From Octopus vulgaris (Eukaryota), in the NCBI GenBank assembly GCA_951406725.2, contig OX597820.1:94240001-94304000 (forward strand): a DNA stretch of 64,000 bases, given 5' to 3'. The number at the start of each line of letters is the position of its first letter. Position 1 is the stretch's first letter. The notes under the pieces were generated by a model, which was not told the DNA's origin, searched no databases, and saw only the letters and a program-made list of their open reading frames with translations. Made by a program: the position numbers and the translations under genes. This document shows, piece by piece, positions 12,375 to 30,979 of this stretch.

Positions 12375-12755
12375 TCTTTTACTTGCTTCAGTCATTAGAT
12401 TGCGGCCATGCTGGGGCACCGCCTTGAAGGGTTTAGTCGAACAGATTGACTACAGCACTTATTTTTTAAGTATCCTTTATATTCCATTTGTCTCTTTTTC
12501 CGAGCATCTATATTAAGCTGACATAAACAAACTATCACCGGTTGCAAAGCGATAGAGGGACAAGCTCAAAGACACATACACATATACGACGGGCTTCCAC
12601 ACAGTTTCCGTCTAAGATATTTACCTATAAGGCATTGGACCGGCCGATATTATAGTAGAAGACATTTACTCATAGTACTGCGAATTGAAATTGAACCCGA
12701 AACCTCATGGTTGCAAAGTAATCTTCATAACCATACACCCAAGTCTGCACCTATA
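12375..12755 (-). mobile_element. Older, diverged family A SINE
   Basis: TTACTTGCTTCAGTCATT..GCGGCCATGCTGGGGCACCGCC tail plus a diverged head. Confidence 0.75.
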
Positions 12756-13112
12756 AAACCATACTTGCGCCTATGCCCAGGATTTCTCACATACAAATAG
12801 CATGGCACAGTATGTAACAAGCCTGAATTTTTTGAGTTGCTGTTAAAATCTATATGAAGGGCTTCCACACAGATACCGTCTACCCATTTTTACTTACAAG
12901 GCTTGGGTTGATCTGAGGCTACGGTAAAAGACACTTAACCAAAATGTCACGCAGTAGGGGATCGAACTCGTGAACTTATTATTATAAAGCGAACTTCTTA
13001 GCCATTTAACCATGTTATATTTATATAGAGTCACTAATGATATCTATTTTAAGCACAAAGCAAGTAATTTCAGGAGGGGATATCAGTCGATTACATCGAT
13101 GCTAGTAGTTGA

Positions 13113-13513
13113 CTCTCTTTACTCTTTTACTCTTTTACTTGTTTCAGTCATTTGACTGCGGCCATGCTGGAGCACCGCCTTTAGTCGAGCAAATCGACCC
13201 CGGGACTTATTCTTTGTAAGCCCAGTACTTATTCTATCGGTCTCTTTTGCCGAACCGCTAATTGACGGGGACGTAAACACACCAGCATCGGTTGTCAAGC
13301 AATGCTAGGGGGACAAACACAGACACACAAACATATATATATACATACATATATACGACGGGCTTCTTTCAGTTTCCGTCTACCAAATCCACTCACAAGG
13401 CTTTGGTTGGCCCGAGGCTATAGTAGAAGACACTTGCCCAAGATGCCACGCAGTGGGACTGAACCCGAAACCATGTGGTTGTTAAGCAAGCTACTTACCA
13501 CACAGCCACTCCT
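13113..13513 (-). mobile_element. SINE family A nested in a family C SINE (about 13050-13600)
   Basis: Family C sequence ...GTCGATTACATCGATGCTAGTAGTTGACT resumes as GGTAAATTATTTTATCGACCTCGAAAGGACGAAA after the family A copy. Confidence 0.88.
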
Positions 13514-13696
13514 GGTAAATTATTTTATCGACCTCGAAAGGACGAAAACCAAAGTTTATCACGTAGAGTTTCGAACACTAATCATAAGGGTCTGACCAAA
13601 TTCTGTCATACATTTTGTCCAACGCACCAACAATTCGGCCGATCCACTGCTTTTATATACAATCAATAATTACTACTATAACACGAACAGCCACGA

Positions 13697-19210
<5,514 letters not shown>

Positions 19211-20028
19211 TGTATTTTTGTAGCTCGTGTGTTTACATAGGTATATGTGCGTATGAGAACGCGCGTGTCTATATATGTATATAATTACATTATACATACG
19301 ACTTACTCTGCGACGCACCCCCTTCACCAAATTTCGATTGGAGATCATCATATTTTTAACGTCTTTCAAAATTGTCTGTCCCTCCAGCAGTGCTAATACT
19401 ACCAGAGAATGTCTGGGCTCTTTTGATCGACACTGTAGCACACTTTCTCCCTACGTTATCCACAAAACCACCACACCAAATAGAGTGCAGATCTAAGCAC
19501 TCCTTCCATGCAGTTAGCACTTGTTGCAGGTTTGTTCTATGATACCAGTTTTTATCTTGAAGAGTATTTAGATTTTCCTCTACAAACAGAACATTTCATA
19601 AAGTAATCATCAGAATAAATCAAATGCCACGCAAAATCAGCTAATCTAACAAACTAATTAATTGCCCAAGTCAAAGAATAATATAACTACATATAATACA
19701 TATAATAAATTAATCAAAAACCACAGTATTTGAATATGCAAAGCATACATAAAATGTGATTCAGAGATTAAATGCATGCACAATATATAGATATATAATA
19801 GAATAAATTAATATTTCAAATACATCTCAAAATAAACTACAAAATGTATTATATCAAATCATAGATTTAACACTAAATGATGTTTTACAAAAACACTAGA
19901 ATTAACAACTTTTCAATCAATAACAAACCACAAACTTGTAAACATGCAAAACAAAAATTCCTAATGATTAATGAGGTTTATTAATCTGACTGCAAACATG
20001 GAAGTTGTAAACGTCATGACTTCAATGT

Positions 20029-20246
20029 AATACTTTTCTACTCTGGGCACAAGGCCAGAAATTTTGGGGGAGGGGGCCAGTCGATTAGATCGGCCCCCAG
20101 TACGCAACGAGCACTTAATTTATCGATTCCGAAAAGATGAAAGGCAAAGTCGACCTCGGCGGAATTAGAACTCAGAACACAAAGACAGACGGAATGCCGC
20201 TAATTATTTTGTCCGAGGTTCAAACGTTTCTGCCAGCTCGTCGCCT
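20029..20246 (-). mobile_element. SINE family C monomer with 12-bp TSD
   Basis: TSD TGACTTCAATGT at 20017-20028 and 20247-20258. Confidence 0.9.
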
Positions 20247-20277
20247 TGACTTCAATGTTATAACAGGGTCGACATAT

Positions 20278-20600
20278 GGCGACGGACTGACAGAATCGTT
20301 AGAACCTCAGGCAAAATAATTAGCGGCATTTCTTCTGGCTCATTACGTTTTGATGTCAAGTTGCACCATGATTGACTTCGACTTTCATCTTTTCGTGGTC
20401 GATAAAATAAGTACCAGTTAAGCACCGTAGTCGATAGTCTCGTGCTCGTTCTCCAAATTTCAGATCTTGTGCCTATACTAGGAAAAATTATAACGGTGAC
20501 GTATGGCGGCGAACTAGAAGAATCGTTAAAACTTTAGGTAAAAAGCTTTGTGATATTTGTTCCGTCCCTCTACGCTCTGAGTTCAAATTTTACCGGAACT
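20278..20600 (+). mobile_element. Degenerate family C SINE copies
   Basis: Heads GGCGACGGACTGACAGAATCGTTAG and GGCGGCGAACTAGAAGAATCGTT; internal TTTCATCTTTTCGTGGTCGATAAAATAAGTACCAG. Confidence 0.65.
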
Positions 20601-21211
20601 GATTTTAAAAAAAAATACTAAATCAGGCTAGTGGACAGGCAAAGGTGTTAGAGGATCGATCACGATGCCTTGCAGCATTTGTTCCGGTTCTTTGCATTCT
20701 GGCAGCAACGACCGTGACGTCCATTGGGCCAAGCTGTATCAGCCCAAGTCAGCAGCCTTTCCTCTAGATAAAAATCGGTATCCCAGGGAAGGGAGTTTTG
20801 CATGCATGGGCAACTGCCAGGTTCAAAAAGATTTTATTGAGACCTCTGCGTACATGTGCAGATACGTTGTCAACCTTGAACGGTGGGGGCCGTACAAATT
20901 GGATAAACGCACACAAACGCATAAATATATATGATAGGCTTCTTTCAATTTCCGTTTACCACATCCATTCACAAAGTTTTTCTCGGTTCGAGACTATAGT
21001 AGAAGACACTTGCTCAAGTTTCCACACAGTGGCACTGGACCCAGAACAATGAGGCTTCTCACCACACAGGATAGTCTCTTCATATTTATAAAAGTCGAAG
21101 TATGTGTATATGTTAGTCAATCTGTCTTCTCTGAGAGTCCATGCGTTGATGCTCTTTTGCGTTCACCTACCTATATTTCTGTCTTTCTGTCGCTCTCTGA
21201 ACCGTTAATAT

Positions 21212-21728
21212 AGGTGAGCTGGCAGAAACGTTAGCATGCCAGGCGAAATGTTTAGCCGTATTTCGTCTGTCGTTACGTTCCGAGTTCAAATTCCGCCGAG
21301 GTCGACTTTGCCTTTCATCCTTTCGGGGTCGATTAAATAAGTACCAGTTTACGCACTGGGGTCGAAATAATCGACTTAATCCGTTTGTCTGTCCTTGTTT
21401 GTCCTCTCTGTGTTTAGCCCCTTGTGGGTAGTAAAGAAATAGGTATTTCGTATGTCGCTACGTTCTCAGTTATTGTGGGCAATAAAGAAATAAGAAACGT
21501 TAGCACCGTTAATATAGGTGAACTGGCAGAAGCGTTAGCACGCCGGACGAAATGCTTAGTGGCGTTTCGTCTTTCTTTACGTTCTGAGTTCAAATTCAGC
21601 CAAAGTCGACTTTGCCTTTCATCCTTTCGGAGTCGATAAATTAAGTACCAGCTGTGTACTGGGGTTGATCTAATCGACTGGCCCCCCTCCCCAAAAATTC
21701 CGGGCCTTGTGACTAGAGGAGAAAAGAA
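21212..21728 (+). mobile_element. Two adjacent family C SINEs
   Basis: Heads GGTGA(G/A)CTGGCAGAA at about 21213 and 21517, each followed by the family C core. Confidence 0.88.
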
Positions 21729-22041
21729 TATAATTTTAAATGTCTCTAACTTTAGTTCATTCTGGCAATAAGTTTAAATTACGTCTCCTCTCTTATATAA
21801 TTGTGATGTCTCAACATCAATACTACAGCCTCACCTGTCGCTACCTGTAGGACCACAATCACTGTAACTATTACAAGCATTATCCCTGCTAACACTACCG
21901 TAACTAATAGCACCAATCTCCAACATCTTAATAACCATTACTACTTCATTAACAACCACTGATATCAATTTATATCATCATCACAATCGCAACCATCTCC
22001 ACCACAGCACTCAACCATCACCACGATCGTTTCCACTCTAA

Positions 22042-22072
<31 letters not shown>

Positions 22073-22188
22073 AGTATGTATGTATGTATGTATATATGTA
22101 TGTATGTCTACGTGTATCATTTTTACTATCTGTGTATGCGTATGAACACGCGCGCACGCACACATACATACATACATACATACATACA

Positions 22189-22222
<34 letters not shown>

Positions 22223-22236
22223 CATACATACATATA

Positions 22237-22547
22237 TAAAGGCACGTGGTAGAGTTGTTTGGGCATTCGGCTCACGATCGTAAGGTTGTGAGTTCAATTC
22301 CCAGCAGTGTATTGTGTACTTGAGCAAGACACTTTATTTCACGTTGCTCCAGTCCACACCACTCAGCTGGAAAAAATGAGTAGTACCTGTATTTCAAAGG
22401 GCCAGCCTCGTCACACTTTGTGTCACGCTGAATCTCCCTGAGAACTGCATTAAGGGTACTCAGCCACTTGCACGTTAATTTCATGAGCAAGCTCTTCCAT
22501 TAATCGTATCAGCGGGGACTTTCGTCGTCTTAACCGACGGAGTGCTC
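22237..22547 (+). mobile_element. SINE family B2
   Basis: TTGAGCAAGACACTTTATTTCACGTTGCTCCAGTCC..CAGCTGG core and AACCGACGGAGTGC tail. Confidence 0.85.
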
Positions 22548-22610
22548 CTAGTATACGTACGTACGTTCATGCATACATACATACATACACACACACACAT
22601 ATATATATAT

Positions 22611-22957
22611 ATGAAAGAAGGTTTGAAAATGCAATTTTAAAAGATATTTATTCACTTGACCGGTTTCACTTTTTTAGAAAAAGATTGTCAAAAGTAAAAT
22701 GTAAAAACTTTGTAAAAGCTTTGTTGTGTAAAGTACTGGTTGTCACAAAATATTACAATACATATATACATTCTTTTTCTTATTATTATCAAATAATGTA
22801 TATATGTATTTTGATATTTTTGTGATAACCAGTACTTAACACAACAAAGCTTTTACAAAGCTTTTACATTCTACTTTTGACAATCTTTTTCTAAAAATGT
22901 GAAACCGGTCAAGTGAATAAACATCTTTTAAAATTGCATTTTCAAACCTTCTTTCAT
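22611..22957. repeat. Long inverted repeat (arms about 162 bp, 22-bp spacer), Penelope pLTR-like
   Basis: 22611-22772 is the near reverse complement of 22795-22957; each arm carries GAAACCGGTCAAGTGAATAAA. Confidence 0.92.
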
Positions 22958-23022
22958 ATATATTTCCACTCGTGAGGTACCTTACAACTTCACTTTGTTA
23001 TATATATATATATATATATATA

Positions 23023-23110
<88 letters not shown>

Positions 23111-23338
23111 CATACATACATACAGTGTGGGCCAAAAGTCGCGCTCAAAATAAGTTCAATAGGCTCCAGAATTGTCAAAGACATGCTTCAGTTTTTGTTT
23201 TTTATTAAAATTGAATAAAATCAATAAAATAATGATGAATGCACATGTACCTGTACACGATAGACAAAATCAATAATAATAATTACGTGATGTAATAAGA
23301 TGGCAAATGTTTTGGTACGTGACTGTATATAATGTGTG

Positions 23339-23390
<52 letters not shown>

Positions 23391-23659
23391 CATACATACA
23401 TACACGCACAAAACGTGAACTGTGTTTATAGTTACTATAATATGATTCAGATTGCACACACCAGCCTAATCAGAGATATGAGTGTCGTTACACCGCATCG
23501 AGAATAAGAGTGAAGTGTGGAACTACATACACATCTGTCCTTTTGCCAATCTACCTGCTTGCCTACCTATATACCTACCTACCTACCTACCTACCTACCT
23601 ACCTACCTACCTACCTACCTACCTACACACATACATACATACATACATACATACATACA

Positions 23660-23693
<34 letters not shown>

Positions 23694-24251
23694 CATACAT
23701 ACATATCTATCTTTCTATTTATCTATTTATCTATTTATCTATTTATCTCACTATCTACCCATCTATCTGTCTGTCTGTTTTTGTCTCGCAATTTATGTGT
23801 TTATCTAACCGTTCACCTATCTATTTTATCTGTGTCTCTATGTCTCTGTGTCGCTGTCTAAACTAGATCTCTTGTGTCGATTCCAGCAACAATAGAATGA
23901 CATGTGAACATAAGCGTACAACAATTGAGCAGCGAAAGGACATAACTCTGTCGGTAAACAATAAAACAAACGGGTACTTTAAGTCTTCAATCTCTCCAGT
24001 CATATTTGAAATGTCACCCAGTCAGTCAGTTAACTAACGGGCCCGCAGGAAGGTATGTAGATAGAGTTTGTGCACAAGGATATTGTAGTTGGTATAAAGA
24101 GTGAGCTTACTGTGTTGGTTAAGAATGTGTATATATACATACATACATACGTACATACATACATACATACATACATACATACATACATACATACATACAT
24201 ACATACATACATACATACATACATACATACATACATACATACATACATACA

Positions 24252-24280
<29 letters not shown>

Positions 24281-24282
<2 letters not shown>

Positions 24283-24780
24283 GATGATAGTAACATCGAT
24301 GATCAAAACAGTTTGTCATGGACTAATAACTGGATTACTACCTCCCACTTTAAAGGATATGCGTTTGTAATCCAGGAACAGGAAATATCAACCAAGAACC
24401 TGAGGTACAAAAGGGATAGAGATGCAGGAAAATGCAGGATTTGCGGAGTTCACTCCTAAGATATCACCCATATCATAAGCAGTTGTCCAAAAATGTCATC
24501 ACGGTATTATCTACCGATGAGACATGATGTTGTGGCTAGGACACTCTATAATGAAACCCGTCGAAAGGATAATCCTGAGGACAAAGAAGTAAGAACCCAC
24601 AATATGGTAGAAGCTATAACCACTCATAATAAAAAGGAATACTGGTGGAATGTCCAAGTGAAGACCTCAATAAAATGTAAGCACAACAGATCTGATATAA
24701 TGATTTGGGATACAGAAACTGCACAACCTTGCTTCCAAGCAAATGGTCGGTCCAAACTAAATTATAAAGAGAAAAAGAAA
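24281..24780 (+). mobile_element. R4/Dong-like non-LTR retrotransposon 3' fragment inside (TACA)n
   Basis: IQEQEIST..KCRICGVHS*DITHIISSCP (CCHC), RHDVVAR and HNRSDIMIWD (restriction-like endonuclease start). Flanked by (CATA)n at about 24136-24280 and 24781-25043. Confidence 0.85.
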
Positions 24781-26038
24781 ACATACATACATACATGCAT
24801 ACATACATACATACATACATACATACATACATACATACATACATACATACATACATACATACATACATACATACATACATACATACATACATACATACAT
24901 ACATACATACATACATACATACATACATACATACATACATACATACATACATACATACATACATACATGCATGCATGCATACATACATACATACATACAT
25001 ACATACATACATACATACATACATACATACATACATACATACATCACAGAGAACGAACACAGGAAACTGACTCTGATTCTCCAAATCCAATCTGTTAGTG
25101 GCATAGTGAAGATATGTGAGACATTGAACAAAAAAGTGTCAACCTGAATAGATGCACACACTTCGGTTTATGTATCGATAGTTCAACCAACACACGAACT
25201 CAACTACAACACTGGGAACTCTCTTAACTCAAAAAATCTTGTCGCTTCCTTAGCGACCGGCTTGAACTCTCTCAAGAAGAACTTAAATAAAACTCAAAGA
25301 AAAACCATACATACATATACATATACACACATGATTCGCTTTCTGGAAATACAATCGACTAGAGGTAAACAGAAAATATGTAAAATATTTCAGGGATCCT
25401 TCATTTGAGATTCCAGGACGGACATATGCAGATAGAATACACATACATGCCCACACACACCCAGTAATGAAGCACACACACTTATGTATAGATACAACAT
25501 ACAGACCTTATTACTTGAGTACAGGTTTATTTGCATTCGTGTAGTGAATGCATGCATATTACATACACGCATGAATGTTTTTCTTTTGTTTGTTTGTGTT
25601 TTTATCTTTTAGTCAGTACCCATGGTCCATTACTGAACCTCTAAGATGGGTAGGATGGAGGGAGGAAAATATCCTCAAATCAGAAACTTAGCCCGAAGAA
25701 TTATAACAAAGTGGATTCCTCTAAAGGTACCCAATGTGTCAGATGGTGAGATTAAAACGGATGACGGGTTAAGAAGGCCATAGCAGGATTTGAACTCAGA
25801 ATGCAAAGAGCTGAAACAAATATTGCAAGCTATGCAGTCAGAAGTTCTCATAGTTCCACCAATCCACCGCCTTGGACAAGTACTTCCGAAAGGATGTAAG
25901 GTAAAGTTGACGTCCGCGGAAAGAACAAAATGTACAGAGAGTCGGAACAAATACCACGAAGTATTCTGTCCGCGGCCGTAACGACTCTGCTAACATTTTT
26001 TACATGGTTAAATGTATATAACTGTATGTATGTATGCA

Positions 26039-26135
<97 letters not shown>

Positions 26136-26909
26136 GAAAATAGAATAAACAAGTAAATAACTAGTATCAGGTCAAATTATGACATTTATATATTTAAACA
26201 TTGTCACAACATGAAGCTAGAATTGAATTGTTACAAGAGTTTAAATCACAAGCGCTCGATAAAAGATCAGTTAAAGAATGTTCATAAAGGTTATGGTATA
26301 CACTGGTGTTTTCCCAGAACAGCTATACGCTTAGTTCGAATTATTGGTATTAGGTGAAACTGGTTATATTAAGTAAAAAATGCAAAGCTGGATAAGAAGA
26401 AAGGAAGAAAGAGGAAAGTTTGCAAACAGTTCCTTACAGCTGTTTCATTAAAAGACCCCCCAAATAATGCATCTCCCTGAATGTGATCGACTGCCAACAT
26501 TATCTTAGAGATTTTTCCTCCGGTGATGGAACTGATGAAATCTGCATAGCTCTTCTTGAGGTAACTGTAAGAAACTATCTGCACACCTTTTGCCCTCCCC
26601 CTTTCCTCTCACTCAGCTTTCGATTTTTTTTACTTATTATAACCAGGTTTTTCTCATACCAATTATTCGGACTTACTGTTTTACGGTTCCAGGAGATAAT
26701 GCCATTATAAATAGTACTCAACTGCTCTTTTATTGACTTCCTGTATTCTAAACTCCTGTAACATTCAATTCTACCCTCATGTTGTTGTGTCAATGTTTAA
26801 ATGTACGCCATAATCTCACCTGATACCAGTTGTATACATGTCTATACATTTTTTCTATCATATACTTACCTGCTCTATTGAAATACGGCCTATATTAGGC
26901 ATCAGTGTT

Positions 26910-27054
26910 ACTCATTTTTGCCAGCTGAGTGGACTGGAGCAACGTGAATGAAGTGTTTTGCTCAAGAACACAACGCGTCGCCCGGTCCAGGAATCGAAAC
27001 CACGATCTTACGATCATGATGCTGACACCCTAACCACTAGGCCACGCGCCTCCA
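26910..27054 (-). mobile_element. SINE family B2 head and core
   Basis: revcomp GGAGGCGCGTGGCCTAGTGGTTAGGGTG..GGTTTCGATTCC. Confidence 0.85.
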
Positions 27055-27390
27055 TGTGAAGGCGCTTGGCTCAGTGGTTAGAGCGTCGAGCTTACGATCG
27101 ATGGGTTGTGAGCTAAAATCCTGGACCGGGCTGCGTGTTGTGTTCTTGAGCAAGACACTTTATTTCGTGTTGGTCCAGTTCACTCAGCTGTAGAAATGAG
27201 TTGCGACGTCACAGGTGCCAAGTTGTATCGGCTTTTGCCTTTCTCTTGGATAACACCGGTGGCGTGGAGAGGGAAGACCGGTATGCATGGGCGACTGCTG
27301 GTCTTCCGTAAACAACCTAGCTCGGACTTGTACCTGGGAGGGTAACTTTCTAGGTGCAGTCCCATGGTCTGTGTCGTGACCGAAAGGAGT
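27055..27390 (+). mobile_element. SINE with B2-type head and distinct tail (family D)
   Basis: GTGAAGGCGCTTGGCTCAGTGGTTAGAGCG head; after CACTCAGCTG the tail GTAGAAATGAGTTGCGACGTC... is unrelated to the B2 tail. Confidence 0.82.
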
Positions 27391-27689
27391 TTCAGATTAG
27401 GCAGCAATAACATTTCTGCTTGTTTAGTTGCGGTTCAAGCTGGAGTTTAGGCAGCAAGTCAACCTGAACCCTAATCATATGCACCTATTATGTCATTAAA
27501 CATAGTATTACCTGAATTAGATGCGTGTGCGTGTTATGTGTATGTCATGTGTGTGTCTGCTTGTGTGTGTATGTGTGTGTATGTGTGTGTTTGTGTGTGT
27601 ATGTGTGCATAGTAACAAAAAGGGAGGAGGAGAATTTCGATTATACCCACGTGGTGAGTTGTAATGCAATATATATATATATATATATA

Positions 27690-29440
27690 TGAAATAAAAG
27701 AAGGAAAATGCACACAGTTTACATAGTTTTAATATTTTTTTAATATATTTTATAAGGGAAAGAGTATTGTGTTTGTTGACCGGTTTCGCTTTCGCTAATC
27801 ATGACATTGAATTATCGTAATTCCTCGTCTTTCTGGGAAGAGCTAAATAAACATATATATACAAAAACTCAAAAGCTAAGGTAGTGAGATGAAATATGTA
27901 CAGTGATGGGTTTGTGCTCATGAATTGAAATATTTACTGAGACCAAAGTTGGTTATGCGTTCATATTTAGACGTATTCTGAATTTTTCGATGAATAAATT
28001 TTCTTTATTTGAATGTTCTTATACAGAAATTGCTTCTTTATACTGGTAGATGAGGAAAACTGCGAAGTTTGGTTGGATATTACCAGAACATCTTTCTATG
28101 AGTTAACTCAAAGGAATCTGTCTGTACTGCGGGAACCGGATCTGTTCCTTATGTAGTGTGGTTCTCCGTTTCAGTGCCATGTCTGTCTGTCCTATATAGT
28201 TATGTCCACAACCTGAACATGTAACATAAATTAAAATCTCGAAAGCACAAGTGAAGTTGATTTTAATTGTGAACCTCTCTCCTTGTTCGAATAGGAATTC
28301 CGAACCTTCCAGTGGGTTGGGGTATGTTCCACAGTTCGAGCATCCATATATTTTAACCGTTTGTTTTGTGGCTGTTGTGTAAAGCTTTACACTTGTTAGA
28401 AACTTTTCTGCGATTTGTGTTGCTTTTTGCATTTCATAAATTTATGTGTTTTCAGAATGTTGTCCGTGTTTTCAGAATGTTGTCCATTTTGGGGGCCCTA
28501 GTAAGCATAGGTAGATCTTGTACAATAGAGTTGCATGCATAGTTGTTTCTAAAGTAGTGAGTTGATATATACGGTAGTGCTTGAGATGAAGTGTAGTGTT
28601 ACTTTTTGTTACCCTTAGTGTTCTAATGCCTAATTTCTTGGCACGCTTAATTCCATTGTCTATAAATGAGAGTGGATATTGCCTTTCAGTTAGTGTTATT
28701 CTGAGGCCTTGAAGACAGAAGTCCCGAATATTTCCATCAGACACTATTGTGTAAATCTTTTTTACTAAATTAAAGGGGATACTTCATTTGCTGTGTTTCA
28801 GGTGGCATGAGCTGAACAGGAGATACTGCTTCCAGTCCGTTGGTTTATGACAAATGTCAGTTACAATTTGGCTGTTGGCTTTCTTTATCACAATATCTTA
28901 GAAAAGGAACTGTTCTTTGCTATATTCCATTGTAAATTGAATGTTAGGGTTTATAATATTTAGTACAGATTTAAATTCCAAAAGTTTATCAATGGTTTGC
29001 TTCCAAATGATAAAGCAGTCATCCAGATATCTTTTCCAGTTCTCTCTTATATAATGGTGAAATGGATATCCATATTTTTGCAGTGACACTTCATATAGGC
29101 TATATTCTAAATATCCCGTGATTAGATTCACAAAAATAGGGGCTGCTTTCGTTCCCATCGCAATTCCGCATTTTTGACGATAGTAGGTGTTATCAAGTAG
29201 GAAATAATTGTTCTGAAGTATAAATTGTAAAGTTTCAATCATAAAAATCTAGTTTATGTGTTCCGGAAGTACTTTGGGGTACTTTTCCAGCCAGAATTTT
29301 ATTGATTCTATTCCATAGTCATGTGGGATATTTGTGTAAAGATTAATAACATCGAAAACAATTATGTCTCTTCATTAGTTGTTTTTTGGTAGGTGCTCAA
29401 GCATGTCTAGGTCGTCTCTAATGAAACTTTTGATGTATTT
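27690..29440 (-). mobile_element. Penelope-like element (Neptune-type): RT plus GIY-YIG pseudogene with 3' pLTR
   Basis: RT motifs FDVINLYTNIPH, YRQKCGIAMGTKAAP, WKRYLDDCF and NIQFTME. Cys linker CSNCGT; GIY-YIG region IYVTCSGCGHNYIGQT..LKRR..HK. Frameshifted. Confidence 0.92.
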
Positions 29441-29546
29441 TATTTTAAGACAGATGAAGGAGTATACGAGAATATTTTATCCACCATGACAATTGTTTCG
29501 ACACATCTAGCATCGATCCCTCACAGATGGGACTTAACAGGTTCAG

Positions 29547-29636
<90 letters not shown>

Positions 29637-29747
29637 TTAGAGAGAGAGATATATAGATACATGCATACATGTATGTATACATGATTCTACGACAGGCACT
29701 ATAGAATTACTAAATATGTGAGTGCCGTGGAGAGGTATGTATGTATA

Positions 29748-29970
29748 TCTATTATATAAAATCCGTTCTGTCTATCTCTGTGTGTGTCTTCTAGGATCTC
29801 GGGTATCCTCCATCCGATTGCGCTCAAATTTGATATGTAGATACCAACGGTATCAGGGCATGTGTATGCCTTGAAAAATTACAAAAATCGATTCCAGGTG
29901 AGAATGCGATCGATAAAGCCGTGGGAACGTGCATTTGTACGCGCAAGTATATCAGCTGTTGCCACTAGCT
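29748..29970 (+). mobile_element. Possible non-autonomous Helitron-like 5' end
   Basis: A|TCTATTATATAAAA start, short CTGT/GTGT repeat, then CCGATT..AAATTTG; no clear 3' hairpin-CTRR end. Confidence 0.4.
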
Positions 29971-30479
29971 TTTCTATGCCCTTGAACATCCCGTAAAGTA
30001 AATTAGCTTAAAATTAGTTACTTAGTTCCCTAGGTTGTTGAATATCATCAAAAATCGCCCCAAATTGATTTCCTACATGTTTTATCGGATAAACTTATTA
30101 TTGTCCCAGGTATGTTCTCATAAATTCATCATGCTTTTCCATCTAGATTTACCTCCAGCTAACCCATTTGCATACATCGTTTTTGTCCTGCTTTTCTTCG
30201 GTCAACCTGTACATAACTGCACCTTCCATTTTTTGTTGTTTTTGTACTGCTTAAAAGCACGTTTTTTTCCTGCCAAGCTTACTGTTTAACCATGTTTGTG
30301 TTCTCCCAGTCAACAGCCTTATCATTACTGGTACTGTAAACTCTTCGGTTTGCATATTTGTGTGAATAAAATCGTTTATAAAGTCTATCTTTATTTCTTC
30401 TTTTGCTGGTGTCTCAAATTTAGGTTAAATCAGTGTTTCTCAAAAAGGAGGCCTACGGGATGGTCGGACAATGTATATG

Positions 30480-30521
<42 letters not shown>

Positions 30522-30525
<4 letters not shown>

Positions 30526-30948
30526 CGTAGGAGTGGCTGTGTGGTAAGTAGCTTGTTTACCAACCACATGGTTCCGGGTTGAGTCCCACTGCGTGGCACC
30601 TTGGGCAAGTGTCTTCTACTATAGCCTCGGGCCGACCAAAGCCTTGTGAGTGGATTTGGTAGACGGAAACTGAAAGAAGCCCGTCATATATATGTATATA
30701 TATATATATATATGCGTGGGTGTGTTTATGTGTCTGTGTTTGTCCCCCTAGCATTGCTTGACAACCGATGTTAGTGTGTTTATGTCCCCGTTACTTAGCG
30801 GTTCGGCAAAAGTAACCGATAGAATAAGTACTGGGCTTATAAAAGAATAAGTCCCGGGGTCGAGTTGCTCGATTAAAAAAAGGTGGTGCTCCAGCATGGC
30901 CGCAGTCAAATGACTGAAATAAGTAAAAGAGTAAAAGAGAGAAAAGAG
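30522..30948 (+). mobile_element. SINE family A
   Basis: Full-length match to other copies. Confidence 0.92.

Positions 30949-30979
<31 letters not shown>

Noticed and set aside
26300-26800. Possible SGNH-like LINE ORF1 remnant on the minus strand
   Set aside because: Only vague motif resemblance; needs an HMM search.
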